This document shows, piece by piece, positions 1 to 13,639 of a stretch of DNA of 64,000 nucleotides (position 1 is its first letter; each line of letters opens with the position of its first letter). The translations under genes and the position numbers were made by a program. The DNA lies in contig NC_043025.1 in the NCBI RefSeq assembly GCF_006345805.1, forward strand, positions 2,418,001 to 2,482,000. Direction: 5' to 3'. The stretch comes from Octopus sinensis. Lineage: Eukaryota. Under the pieces are notes generated by a model. That model worked only from the letters and a program-made list of their open reading frames with translations, did no database searches and was not told where the DNA came from.

Positions 1-1250
1 TCATTCCTTCTTCTACAGAGGTCTCCGTCAACCGCTCCAGGATTTTGCTTTGCCGTTGAGGACAGTTCTTTTTTATATGGCCAGGCTCCAAGCACCGATG
101 ACACTTGGGGGAGGGAGGCTCCCTCAAGTATCACCGGATACTTCGACCCGCCTATTCTTAAAAAGTCTGAAAATACCAGACTTTCGGCTGACAGGATCTA
201 GAGGGTCAAAACAGATTTTGACCCCTTCAAGTCAGCCGCAGGCAGAATATTTACATTGAAGAGCTTGGTGCTACTGCCACCCAGACCCCGGCGGATAATA
301 TCTCCTATCCACTCGAGCTAAACTCCGATTGGCAAGCCGCAAAACCAAGCCCTCATCAACTTCTTCCAACAATATGTGGGAAGAAACACAATATCATTGC
401 CTTCCAGGAGCTGGCTCGCAAATTCACAATCCATTTCTGGGGAGTCAAACATCAACCACACGGTTGCATATTTGACCCTCCGAGTGATTAACTTAATAGC
501 TGGTTGAAATTCTGCCATCTCTCTTTCGATTATATTTTTTGAAAACGGCAATGGCGTCGGGGGTCCTAGAGTAGGTCCTCAAACCCACCGTCTTACTTTC
601 AAGTTCTTTTAATCATCTTTTGGGTGGTATAAATTCCCACTCCACCAAATTTCCATTGTTCTTTGCCAGGTTTCTTTTTAAAAAAGTCCAAAAAACACCT
701 CATAAAATACAAAATAATTAAGGAAAAAGAAGGAAGAGTAAAAAGTCCAAACAAAAAAGAAGAAAAAATTAACAGTTCAATAAAGAGTCTTTTTTAAATA
801 AAAGAGGGGTGAAGAGAGAGCAACAGTTCAAAACACAGCAGAGGCCACTCGGTACTCCAGGCCAAAATTTCAACGCAAATCATTCCAATTTTCTTCTCAT
901 AGGTAATCCTTAACAGGAACAATATTGTTGAAATCTTTTCTAAAAATTCCCAGAGTTATTCCTGGACAAATATTATTCTCAGACAAAATTTTGCGGCAGG
1001 ATACGCCCACAAATACAATAATTTTCACAGTTAAGTGAAAAAATATTCACTCAGCTACAGGAAGACTAGAATCCAGTGAGGACTTCTTGTTTGCAAAAAA
1101 TAATTGCGGCAGACAACATGCCCCCACTAGACACCCAAAAAAGTCTTACCTTACAACTGAGTTTCAAAACTCTTCAATTTAAGACGGCTTCAAAAACACG
1201 TCTTTAGTCTTTACTGTTTCAGTATCAAACAAAACTCCGATTCGCTCAGC
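1..1250 (-). mobile_element. Non-LTR retroelement ORF1 (gag-like) remnant with 5' region; paralog of 48263-49745
   Basis: ORF 318-551(-) plus sequence matching the zinc-knuckle-encoding copy at 48820-49098; disrupted reading frame. Confidence 0.65.
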
Positions 1251-1296
1251 ACAATGAGGTAAGCAAGCTACTTACCACACAGCCACTACTGCACTG

Positions 1297-2326
1297 ATTC
1301 TGGTGATGATTTTCAATTTCTTTTTCACCCCAACGTTTGAAATGATGGCAGGAATCTCTTTAAAAGTTGTGTGAATGTTTTGATTTTTTTCAAATCCCCA
1401 ATCCCAGTCGGTAACGATTTTGGCCAATGCTTTTGAATAACGCATTAACAAAAGTTCTAAATGAAAAATTTTGGAAATCGGTGATCACCATTATAATACA
1501 CGCTTTTTTTTCAAACAAAATGTGAAACGTTGTTTGAAAACAATGGCGACATTTTAAAATTTTGTTCCTTAACCTCGCATATTCCCAAAACGATGTTATT
1601 TTCCCAGCAGCTTTTGCATTTTTTGTCCAACTTTAATGAAAATCGACGAGTGAGCAAGGCTCATGGCAGTGAGTTGATTTCAGTATATGACGTTGAGAAA
1701 AAAATTGGTAATTGCGCCGGAGCGGTGGTTTTATAAAATCAATAGACGTTTTATTTGTGGCCGTAAATTTCATATATTTTATCTGATTTTAATGAAATAT
1801 GAAGTGTAGGTAAATGTTTGGTGGGGGATACGGTAAATGTATTTATTTAATTCAAAAGAGCTTGAAAAGGGCATAAATGTACATAAGCATTTCCATACAG
1901 ACATTCTTAACGATTTTGTAGAAATTTTACATGTGATTACAGCTCATGTCCATTAGTTGACACCTACATTAAGAGTTGACAAAAATCGATAACTGCGAGT
2001 GAGAGTGAGATTTAAAAAAAACAATGGGCTTTTTGTGTGCAATTACCCATAGGATTAGTATTTTATGCTGTAACTTTTACACAATTCATCCGATTTTGAT
2101 GAACTTTGACTTTTAGGTAAGGTTTATGGCCGGAGTCATGTAGTAGAATTAATATTAAAATGATGAAAGGCAGAAATCGTCAAAATAATTCAGAATAAAA
2201 TAATGAACTGATTCTGAAGAAAATTGACCAGTGTGTAAAATTAAGCACTTCGACATATAAAACGTCGATTATTTATACAATGTATTGAGATTTAAATGTC
2301 AATGGAATATTTTCATGTAAATGGTC
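1297..2326. mobile_element. Unclassified non-coding interspersed repeat (probable non-autonomous DNA transposon), copy A, right end deleted
   Basis: Clear similarity to ~31850-32885 and 49795-50826; no coding capacity. Confidence 0.6.
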
Positions 2327-2645
2327 AGACGTATTCGTCTTATGTGTTTAAACACATTTAAACATATCTAAACACATAAGAGGTATCACATAAGAGGCAA
2401 TGTTGGATTGCCTCATGCTTATATGTTTTAATCTAGGCGTACCTGCTGATGAGGACTTCGCCTAGCAAATAATTTTATTTGCTAAGAAAATGTCTGAATC
2501 CGTTGTCTAGGAGATAGAGTTAAGTATTTCGTAATTTTCATTCCCTTCGATGATTATCCCTAATTGCGGTTTGGATTTTAGCTGTTCCTTCTGGCGTGCA
2601 GCAAATCCTATGACGGGTACATCTTATGTGTTTAAATGTGCACTG
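2327..2645. mobile_element. MITE with truncated left TIR (intact paralog at 53693-54032)
   Basis: Right TIR gacgggtacatcttatgtgtttaaatgtgcactg followed by TA. Confidence 0.65.
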
Positions 2646-2654
2646 TATTTATAT

Positions 2655-2722
2655 CTAACTATCTATCTATTTATCTATCTATCTATTTATCTATCTATCT
2701 ATTTATCCATCTATCTATCTAC

Positions 2723-2790
<68 letters not shown>
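2655..2790. repeat. (TCTA)n microsatellite
   Basis: Direct reading; paralog at 54045-54178. Confidence 0.95.
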
Positions 2791-3159
2791 ACACATGTAT
2801 ATACATAGTTGAAGTTTACAGAAAAATAAAAGACGAACACAGATATATGAAAAAGGTGTGTATTAGTTTGACACTCCGGAAAGTGTGAAAGGGCTTTACG
2901 TTTCGAGCCTACGATCTTCAAAAGTAAAGAAAATGAGAAAATCACAGAAGTTCAAAAAGGATTAAATGTTCTAGAGTATTGGAGGCATATTTCATTAACA
3001 GATGAGTCCCGTGAGATCCATAAGAATACCCAGTGGCAGTCGGATAGAGTGCAGATATGTAGAATCGGAGAGGTGCAGAAAGATCAGGCAGTAGTAAGTC
3101 CAATATGTAGGTATATAAAGCAGGATAAAATAGGTGCGACCACTTGAGCGTACAATAGA

Positions 3160-3197
<38 letters not shown>

Positions 3198-3710
3198 CAT
3201 AAATATATATGTATATCTATATAAGTGTATGTGTGTATAAAGTCAATGGCGTGTCTGCGTAATAAGAAGCTTGATTTCAAACCACATGGAGTAGTGGTCA
3301 GTGTTAATACGTGCTGCCTTCACCAAGTGTCCAATTCTATATACTCGTGTCGTGAGACGATTTTGTTGTCAGAAACTGAAAGAGGTCTGTCTTATATATA
3401 TACATGGGTGTATGTGTGTGTGTGAGCTTTAATTATTGTGGTTGTAATAGTCTCTGGAGATATTTCGTCCCCGTAACTTAACAGTTCCTCAAAAGAAACC
3501 GATACAATAAGTAACAGACTTTCAAAATTTAAATACAGTGGAGAATATATTTGAATAAAATACCTTCTAGGAGGGTTGCCAGGATAGCTGCTGATTAATG
3601 ACTTGAATAATTGGAAGATAATATTATCTCTATATATATATGTATGAGTGAGTGTATGCGTGTGAGTGTGTATATATGACATATACTGGCATGCATGGGT
3701 ATACGTATGC

Positions 3711-3751
<41 letters not shown>

Positions 3752-4068
3752 TGTGCTTACACACACATACATATATATATATTTTTATATAATTAAGAGA
3801 CAGACCCTCCGTAAATTAATCCAATTAATAATGAAAGATATTATCTATAATAAGATATAAATATAATTATATTATTAATAATATACTAAAACATACTATA
3901 CTAAATTATGCACATTAAATTGACGAGACGCGTTTCGTATCCATATATTTAAATCGACTTTATCAAAATTGATAATCTGAAAAATGAATACATAGCTACT
4001 CTTCAGGTCTAAATAGCATAAAATAAATTTACAACATAAGTGAAGACATCAAAATTAACCCCTTAATT

Positions 4069-4110
<42 letters not shown>

Positions 4111-4229
4111 AATTTAGGCATATAATTCTTATGCACATAGGTACACACTCAATAACGCACACAAATACGCACTCATTCTTACATCCACGCACGCAGACAT
4201 AATGGCACACACACAGACACACCTATATA

Positions 4230-4277
<48 letters not shown>

Positions 4278-4654
4278 TATATATGTATATATATATATAT
4301 AGTAACACGACACACATTCGGAACACAACACACACTTAGTGTGAGCGATATACTTTCATAAAGTGTAGGAAGGTTTACTATGAGAAAAGGAAAGAAGTAA
4401 GCAATTAGAGAGCGAACTATTCGCCTTCTGTCACACAATTTGAAATTTGAAAATTGTGTGGTAATTTTGAAATTTATTGATATATTCGAGAACAAGTTTA
4501 CAAAACACATCAGAGGTTCGAAGTGTTATCATTTTTACCCAATCAGAAAACAAGATTTGGAAGCTAATCTGCTTGTGTGTGAACACTTGTATCATAAAGT
4601 AGAAGTAGGAGATTTTAAACAAAATGAAAGCAATGATTGATTTTTAATTCACAT

Positions 4655-4878
<224 letters not shown>

Positions 4879-5273
4879 GTGTGTATGGCAAATATAAGAT
4901 ACATGGGTAGTGAAAGATATAGAGTGGGAGGTTGAGATCTCAAAGTTGGGTTATTTCACGTGGAGGATTATGATATTTATTATATTTTATGGACGATGTT
5001 TACCTTGGGAATCGGACTTCGGAAAGCAAATTCGTTTTACTCGAGAACGCAATGTTTCAGAGGCTCGCAGGTCTGAAAACATATAAAAAACCACATACAC
5101 CCGTATTTTTATAGTGTATATATAGCGTATGCATTTCTGTATATGTGTATGTATGTATATATATATATGTATGTATATATGTATCTATTATGTATGCATG
5201 TATGTATATATGTATGTGTGTATATTTGTGTGTTTAAATGTATGTATGTATGCATGTTTGTATATACATATAT

Positions 5274-5305
<32 letters not shown>

Positions 5306-5449
5306 AATATATACATATATATATATATATGTATATATAGTAGAAATATGTTATATATATATATATATATACATATATATTAGAAATATGTTACAAGAAG
5401 GAAAAAGAAGATATACGTCGAAATGTAAGGGGAAAATATGAAAAATCAA

Positions 5450-7720
5450 CGAAAATGCACATTGTAAATATAACAAAAAACCTTTCTATGAAAGGTAATG
5501 ACAGATATATACCTTTAGATGGACTGAGGTAGAAATAAGAGTCACAAGATTCATTATTATGAGATGATTAAAGAGTCAGAAAGCATACCATGCTTTCATC
5601 GTAAGCCATTCATTGCTTTGAATGAACACCGGCTAATGAACAGTGTTAGGTCTAATAGTGCCTGAATAAAAAGATTATTTGTAAGGGAGGTCAGTTGTTC
5701 TGGATTTTGTGCAGTAAGGTTAGATATAGAATTTGAATCTGAATTTTGTAAGGAATGTATAGTGGTTTATGGTGTTAATTGAAGGGATAGTAGTGTTCTG
5801 TATTAAGTTGTCTTTATATTCAGTTGGGGAAGATATTTATTGATGAAAATTGCCTATTTAATCAACCTTTGTTGCATTGATGTGTTCTGTGAACATTGAT
5901 AGGTGTGGAAAATTTGGAAATTAGGATTAAGATTCCTAGCACACCTTTCAATGTATTCACTAACCTGTAACAGTCTGTACTTTGGTTGGCGAATTTGTTC
6001 CTTGTGGATGGTGCTTCTTCAACGGAGTGATATTCTTGTTTGTCTAATATAGTGGTTACCACATCCTAAGCATGTCATGGTATAGATTAGACTTTACGAG
6101 TATCGGGTGAACTTTGAATTGATCTTAAATATTTCCTCTTGTTTAAAGTGGATTTCTGAATCCTCCAAAAGGTTGGGACATGTTCCACAGGTGAGACGAC
6201 CACACTTTTTCTCTTTTGGCTCTGTTGTTAGTAGATATTGTCTTGCGCTGGTTAATTGTTTTTCAATGATTTGGGTTGTAGTTTGCTTTTTTAAATTTTG
6301 TATGAGCTTAAAATTTCGTTCGTTGTTTTGTCTCCTGTGAGGATGGGAATATTTTGGGTGATAAAATTGAAGGCTTCGTTGTTTCTAGGGTTATGTGTGG
6401 AAATGTACGGGAGTATTTTTTAAGTCTGGTTTAGTATTTCGTCTGGCATGCATTAATATTTGTATATCTATTTCCTTAGCTCTTTTAATGTCTTTTAGTT
6501 GGTGTTGATCTAATTTCAAGGAGTCTTGTTCACGACTATATGTATCCGAAACTATGGTACGGATTCTTTTCGCTAGATTAAACGGTGTATTAATTTTTAT
6601 GTGTTTGGGGTGTCAAACAATATGTATTGTTTAGAATCTGTGGGTTTATAAAACATGTCTGTTTCTATGTGGTTATTAACTATTTTAATTAAGATGACCA
6701 GAAAAGGGAGTTGTTTACTGTTGTGTTCCATAGTGAATTGTATATTGCTATGTATGTTGTTAAGCATTACTTTCAAATCAAGGAATCTGTCCATGCTGTA
6801 TTTCCAAAGTATGAAGCAATCATCCAAATACCTCATCCAGTTCTCCTTTAAATATCAATTAAAAGAGGCGCCAATAATTTTCTAGTGATGATTGGTATAA
6901 CTTCAGTTCTAGGTAACCCATTTCAAGGTTTGAAATCACTGGAGTAGCTCTGGTTTCCATTGCAATTCCACATTTTTTCGATAGTAAGTTGTATCGAACA
7001 TGAAATAGTTGTTCAGCAGGATGAATTTGAGTGCTTCGATTATGATTCTGTGGTTAATGCGTCCTGAGATCTCTTCTGGGTATTTTTCTAGCCAGAATGT
7101 GATTGTTTCTATACCAGAGTCGTGTGGGATATTGGTGTACAGATTCACCACATCGAAAGATACCAGCAGCGTTCCTTCCTTTACTGTATTCGGGCGGTGG
7201 TTCAGCATGTCTAGGTCATCCCTGATAAAGCTTTTCACATATTTTTAAAAAACGTTTTGAGTATGATGTCGAGGAAGTTGCTCAAATGGTGGGTTTCACA
7301 AGAAGGGCTAGCTATGAGAGGTCTCAGTTTGAGGTCAGTAGGGGGAGGGACATTAATGCATAGGCTTGTAGAGATTTTGCAGGCTTCACAAATGTGTGGA
7401 TTTTTATGTATTTTGGGTAATCCGTAGAATAGACTAGGACTGTATTTAAAATTGGGTAAAAAGTCTATTTCAATGTTAGTGAGACCCTTTCCATGAATTT
7501 TGAGTAAGGAGGGCAAGTTTTTCAGTGTTTACTCTGTGTGGTTATGTATTAATTTCTCATAGTAAATATTATTTTCCAACATGGAAAGTGTTAAATATTT
7601 GTAGTATTCTGTATTCACCACTACTACCGCACTTCCGTTGTCGGCTTCTTTGGAATATCTTGAATTTCGAATTTACGAGGCAAAATTATTGGTGTAGAGT
7701 TTAGCCAGCGTTCGTAGATT
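5450..7720 (-). mobile_element. Penelope-like element, degenerate RT plus GIY-YIG region
   Basis: FYGLPKIHK...LRPLIA (7235-7516), LVSFDVVNLYTNIP (6936-7238), RYLDDCFILW...FYKPTD (6597-6836), and a CGRLTCGTC linker near 6180-6205; frameshifted. Confidence 0.9.
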
Positions 7721-7902
7721 TCTGCCTTGTGGTTGTTTTTAATCGTGTATCATCTTGTGTATCATCTATAGGAAGATTTACCAGTAGCACTCAAGAGCAT
7801 CCTCACACAAAACACACACGCACACAACACACACACACACACGCACACATACACACGCACAAATAGATATATATATTTATATATATATATAGATATATTA
7901 TG

Positions 7903-9013
7903 TACAGGTTACAGTAAATATAGTGTCGTCTTAATTACGCAAAAATGATAAAAACACTGAGATCCCATTTTAACAGGTATATTTACCAAAATAACAGAAA
8001 AAATATCTTGAAAGTAAATGTCTTCAATAAAATCGCTATTGGCGTCAACCACGTCTTCCGGTCAGATTCGGAATTACCTGCAACTCTTTTGGACGGTCAC
8101 CTTGTTTAATTTCGTGAATACTGCCATAATCCTTGTATTCAGTTTATCTTTGATATTACAAGGGGTTTTGCTGACCTCTCAGTCAACTGCGCACTATGCA
8201 TGATAATCAAGATGGTTCCAGTTTGGGGAGTTAGATGGCGTGACTTTAGGGGTGATGTGGTCGAAAAATTTGTCTGACAGCCATGGCTGGGTTCTGCTGG
8301 TTGTATGTCATGGTACAGAGTCTCCCTGATAGAGATAGGATCTTCCAGCAGCCACCCCATTGCTCCAGGGAAGCACGACCATCTCCAGGCACTTGATGTA
8401 GACCACCGTCTGAAAACTATTTCTTTACTACCAACAAGGGGCTAAACACAGAGAGGACAAACAAGGACAGGCAAACGGATTAAGTCGATTACATCGACCC
8501 CAGTGCGTAACTGATACTTATTTACTCGACCCCGAAAGAATGAAAGGCAAAGTCGACCTCGGTGGAATTTGATATCAGAACGTAGCGGTAGACGAAATAC
8601 CGCTAAGCATTTCGCCCGACGTGCTAACGTTTCTGCCAACTCGCCGCCTTAATTCTGAAACCGTGAATGAAAGCATAATTTCACCATCACAACTGATCGT
8701 TCCAAACACCATGATGTTGACTGGATGCTTGATTTTTATCAGTCGGAGTACATGTCCTCGGATTGAACATTCCTCAGACTGACACCCAAACACTCTGGAA
8801 TGTTCATATTAGATCTTTCGGCGCGAATGCCAAGCAGTACAGCATGTCGTTTCCAAAGTTTCTGGCAGAGTGAATTACGCCATGGTGCTGTTTTTCTCAC
8901 AGACGGTAGCCAACTGATCATACTATACTGAGTGGTCGACAAAGTCAAAAACAAAGAATGCGCATGCGCGAAATTAAAAAGGTAATGGTGGCAATTTCGT
9001 GTTGCAACCTGTA
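7903..9013 (-). mobile_element. Tc1/mariner-superfamily element, internally deleted, interrupted by a SINE
   Basis: Terminal TACAGGTT.CA-like inverted ends; transposase remnants KRHAVLLGIRA...ECLGVSLRNVQ (HTH) and IKHPVNIMVFGTISCDG. Confidence 0.75.
8420..8651 (-). mobile_element. tRNA-derived SINE (octopus-type)
   Basis: Minus-strand head aaggcggcgagttggcagaaacgttagc with a decayed B box (atcaaattcc), followed by the gtcgactttgcctttcatt...gggtcga body. Confidence 0.75.
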
Positions 9014-9162
9014 TATATATATATGTATACACGATTAGGTGTTGACATGAATGTGATATAGTATTTTCTACTGTATTCAGTCCCACTGCGTGTACTCTGG
9101 CTTACAGCACAACAAACTCGTGTATATTTGTTCAAGGTAACTAAAAGAAACCCATCGTATAC

Positions 9163-10016
9163 ATACAAAGTGGAATCGTAATGTTCCTGGATGAGTTATG
9201 TTTAATAAAACTAACTTATATTAACTTCATCTCCTTCGGTAATGTCACCTTGTGCAGGTATACACCGCCAAGCTTTTCGAATACACCCGATCCAGCTTTC
9301 TTGACACTTTTGGTATCCGGCCTCTTGAGGACATCTTGATCTCAACAACGGTGTTAAATTTCCTATTGATCACGATCTTTGTACCGTATTTTCTTTTTGT
9401 GGAAGAGATGGAGGTCACCAGGTGCTGAATCTGGCAAAAAGGACATGCACGGAAGCGATATCATGTTGCTTTTGGCAAGAAACCCGCGAGTGTGGTGACA
9501 GAGTCCATTGTCGTCGTGAAAAATCCAATAATTCGCGCACCACAAATCCAGTCAGTTTTCTCGAATGTCATCCTTGAAAAGCTTTAAAATGTCGCAGTTG
9601 ATCCCTCATTTGGACTTGGGGGTCGAATTCTCAATGCACAACCCGATGATGTAGAAACAATATTGAAAATTCGCTTGATTAAGTTGTCATTCTGTCGTGC
9701 ACCTGCGCACTCGAAACATTATGTACGACCCATTGTCTCGTCGCTATAAGTTTACCGATGCATGCTCCATCTCTCTATAGCAGACTTTCCAATTTTTACG
9801 CAAAATTTCATGTTGGTTCTTTCGTCCATACCCGTCCTGTTCATACACGTCTTCACAAAAATACAAATTCCACATCGTGCGATGTATACACATCGATGTT
9901 ACTCAGCATGCTACTTCCTGAAGGATACTGCTCGCTATCACCGTGCTTACAATTGTGTGCATCCAAGCGTTGGCGCGCAGTAGAGTTTGTCCGTGAAATT
10001 TTGATACAACCGCGTA
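9163..10016 (-). mobile_element. Mariner-type transposon remnant
   Basis: WIFHDDN...FLAKSNMISLP..FLPDSAPGDLHLF (decayed HDNA and YSPDLAPxD motifs); TIR-like ends next to TA. Confidence 0.8.
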
Positions 10017-10323
10017 TATATATATATATATATATACATATATATACAAGCAGTAATAATTGTCGTCGATCGTGTAATTCTACTGTTTCTCGGGACAAAA
10101 AACTAGAAAATGGGTATTTCATATAGAAAAATAGCTTTACGGTATCCAGGTCCACTATTTATGGACAACCTATAATTCGGGATTGAGAAATTTGAAAATG
10201 AAATTCGTAAGCAATCATAGATAACCACATACACTTGCATTTATACATACATATATGTATTTTTATGTGTATATATATCTGTATGTGTGTGTGTGTGTGT
10301 GTGTGTACGCGTGAGTGTGTGTT

Positions 10324-10363
<40 letters not shown>

Positions 10364-10843
10364 TTGAGTTGTGGGTATCGCACGAGTGGAATTATATACG
10401 AAAAAGGTTTGAAAATTTAAAAGATGTTTATTTACTTAACCGGTTTCACTCTTTGGTAAAGATTGTCAAAAGTAACATTGAATAATATGGGTTCAAAAAA
10501 GTTTTTTACATAATTGTCACATTGAATATTATGAACTCAAAATGTTTTTTTATACATAATTGTCACATTACATGTATAAATATAGTGTTTGGTAACAGAG
10601 AAGTTCAATAGTGTGATGAGAATATTTGGAAAAATTGGCAGAAAAGAATAAAATAAATATATTATTGCAAATTTGGTTGCGTTAATTATTGGTTGTCGCA
10701 AATTGTCACATTACATGTATATATATATACAGTCTTTGGTAGAAAGGACATGTTAAAGACACAAGGAAGTGCAATAGTTTGGTGAGAAAATTTGTAATAT
10801 TGACAGAAAAAATGGATATTTTATACATCTCAGAATATTTTGA

Positions 10844-10956
10844 GTTGAAGGCGAGAATTTGTTTTTACTGACCTGTTGGCTTTAGCAGAAAAGTTGAATT
10901 GAGAGAAAAAAATGTTGTTCCCAACAGGTCAGTAAAAACAAATTCTCACCTTCAAC
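10844..10956. repeat. Near-perfect 36-bp inverted repeat (foldback)
   Basis: gttgaaggcgagaatttgtttttactgacctgttgg (10844-10879) versus ccaacaggtcagtaaaaacaaattctcaccttcaac (10921-10956); one mismatch. Confidence 0.9.
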
Positions 10957-11416
10957 ACACACACACATATATAAATGAACGCAATGAATATCTGATTCAT
11001 AATATTTGTTCTCATGATTGTGTGGTGTTTGTAGCGATGATAATTCTCCCTATGACTGCCGACAGATACATCAAAGAAAGCCGTCTGACGACCTTATAAA
11101 GGGAAAGTGAAAGGGAGTTGAGGGGAATACATTAAATAACGGGAGTGGACATTGTCAACGTTATGAATGAAGGGGAGTAAGAGAGGGAAAGGAGGAAATA
11201 ACGTGAGTGAGGATGATGGCACCTAGCAACCACACCTTTTAAGATAGGGATCTCTAAGGTAGTCCACGAGCATCGTACCCTCATTCTACATGTCCCTGTA
11301 AATTTTGGAGCGAATAGGACGGGTCGTAGTGGCATTGAAAGCAACCCAAGGGGTAAAAACGCATTTCAGTTTTATATATAGAGAAGATATATATAAATGA
11401 ATCAAATAAACGTCCA

Positions 11417-11648
11417 AGGCTGTGAAAGATTTCAGAACATTTATAGAGAGGTCTTCCAGCTGTTCCAGGGATATTTTATATATCCTTTCATCGAAGACGG
11501 TGTGCGAAAATGGTTAAGCAATAGTTTTTCTAGAATACCTATTGCTTAACCATCTTCTCGCAACGTCTCCGATAAAGAGATACATAAATATCCCGGAAAC
11601 AGCTGTAACGTCTTCTCTTTAGAAATGTTCTTAAATCTTTCACAGCCT
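11417..11648. repeat. ~110-bp-arm imperfect palindrome, probably inverted Penelope pseudo-LTRs
   Basis: Arms 11417-11524 and 11539-11648 centred on TCTAGA; each arm carries a decayed hammerhead-like core. Paralog at ~59212-59443. Confidence 0.75.
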
Positions 11649-11879
11649 ACATTTTATTTCCTTCTGTTAATTTTATACATATAGATATTAAAATATGACC
11701 AACGTTGGACTCCTCATTTGCATGTCCATAGCACTTACTCAGCTTTCACTCACACATTTGGTTCTCCTTGACAACATTACATCTCATATCCTATATATAT
11801 ATATATATATGTATGTATATAGTAGTAGTTGTAGTAACAGAAAAGAGGAATTTCGATTACCCCCACGTGGTGAGGTGTC

Positions 11880-12735
11880 ATGTATATAAGAAATTAAAAA
11901 AGGAAAATACGCACACTTACATACTTTTAATATAATTTTTCATATATTGACCGGTTTCGATATCGCTATTCATGATATTATATTTTACTTATTTGAATAT
12001 ATATTTTTTCTTAGAAAGAAATTTTGTCCATGTTATGTGTGATGAAATTCAGGAATGAATGACTTCACAAGTGGATAAGTAAAGGGCGGTTATTGGTTGT
12101 CGTTATTCATGTTATTGTTGTGGGTAAGGGAGATAACGGTTCAACTTTCGGTAATGGGTGCGGATTATATAGGAGTACAGACAGACAAGTTTCAAAAATC
12201 TTGTTTAGTAGGGGATTTATGTACAGTGATGTAATCGTGAATTGAAATATATAAAAAGATAACAGTTGGCGTTTACGTTGGCGTTAATATTAAGGCGTTT
12301 TCTTGTATTTTTCAATGAAAAAAGTTTCTTTATTTAAACGCTCTAGTTGAGAGATTGCGTCTTTGCACTGGTAAAAAGGGAAGAGTTTGGAATTTGGTTT
12401 GATGTTACCTGCACATGTTTCTATATGTTCACTGAAAGAAATTTGTCTGTATTCCGGGAAACGGATTTGCCCTTTATTTAGAGTGGTTCTCTTTCTCAAG
12501 GTCATACTCGTTTGTCCAATATAGTGGTGTCCTCAACCCGAGCAGGTTATTACATGAATTAGGTTTTCAGATGCACAAGTGAAACTAGTTTTAATTGTGA
12601 ACCTCTGTCCTTGTTTGAAAAGTAAGTCCGAGCCTTCAAGCAGGTTGGGGCAGGTTTCACAGTTTGGGCGTCCATATTTTTCAACCGTTGGTTTTTTGGT
12701 TGCTTTGTAAAGCTTCGCGTTTGTTAGTAGTCTGG
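11880..12735 (-). mobile_element. Penelope-like element 3' fragment (GIY-YIG endonuclease plus terminal repeat)
   Basis: YGRPNCETC...ENLIHVITCSG*GHHYIGQT..TLRKR...ERLNKETFFIEKYK; GAAACCGGTC motif on the minus strand near 11949-11960. Confidence 0.8.
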
Positions 12736-13639
12736 ATCCCATCAGACACATCGATAAAGTTGTGTGTGAGTAAAGATTTCGAGGGTCATCTGGCATGTTG
12801 TTATATTGCCATCTAGTTGGGGAACGAATAAAATACAAATAAGACTGGAGACATGCAACATATTCAAATATGATCGTGGAAGTCTTGCGTTCCTCTTTAG
12901 ATAAAGTGACCTAATGAGCTTTCGCTTTCATAACTGCTTAGAGGGAAAAGAAAGTAGTAGAAGAGAAAGAAGAAAGAAAAGAGGGAGAAGAGGAAAACGA
13001 ATACTCAGTCAAAAATAAATGTAATTATTGGAGATCTTATTTCTTGTCTCTCTGCAGTGGAGATCTTATTCCTTGTCAGCCGTGTATACCTCTGTTCCGC
13101 ACTCTGAGATGCTCTGGCCTTTTCGTAGTGCACAGTCTGTTCGTTTCTTGGTATGATTCCCTTTCTGCAGCTGTCTCTCTTTCCCTGGACATTCTTTTGG
13201 CTTTACCTTGACATTGTAGAAAAATTTGACATGGTTATACAGAAATACACGGGTGCAGAAGATAGTAAACAATGAAAATAACTGGGTAACGAAAATTATA
13301 TTTCTTAATACGACAAGCAGAACATTAACAAGATAGTTTTCCGGACAATAAAGAATTGTACGTGTTGAAGCGAAATTTGTTACTAAGTGAACCAAAGTGC
13401 CAGTATCGAAGGAACCAGAAATAAGCCATTAACAACACATAAGCAAAAAACCGGCGCAAAAGTAAATAAGAAATTTTTAGGGAAATTAACTATGTGCGCG
13501 GGTTTAAGTGAAATGTTTGAAGTTACTCCTGTCAGTAAATTATGAACTTACTTTTATCAGTAATTCCTTCAACAACAACAAAAAGAAAACACAAAACGTT
13601 GCAAAAGTAAATAAGAAATTTACCGAAGTGTACGGATTG

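Noticed and set aside
2550-2888. ORF conserved in two places (2550-2888 and 53937-54272)
   Set aside because: It is a MITE end plus (TCTA)n read-through; the conservation reflects the segmental duplication, not selection.
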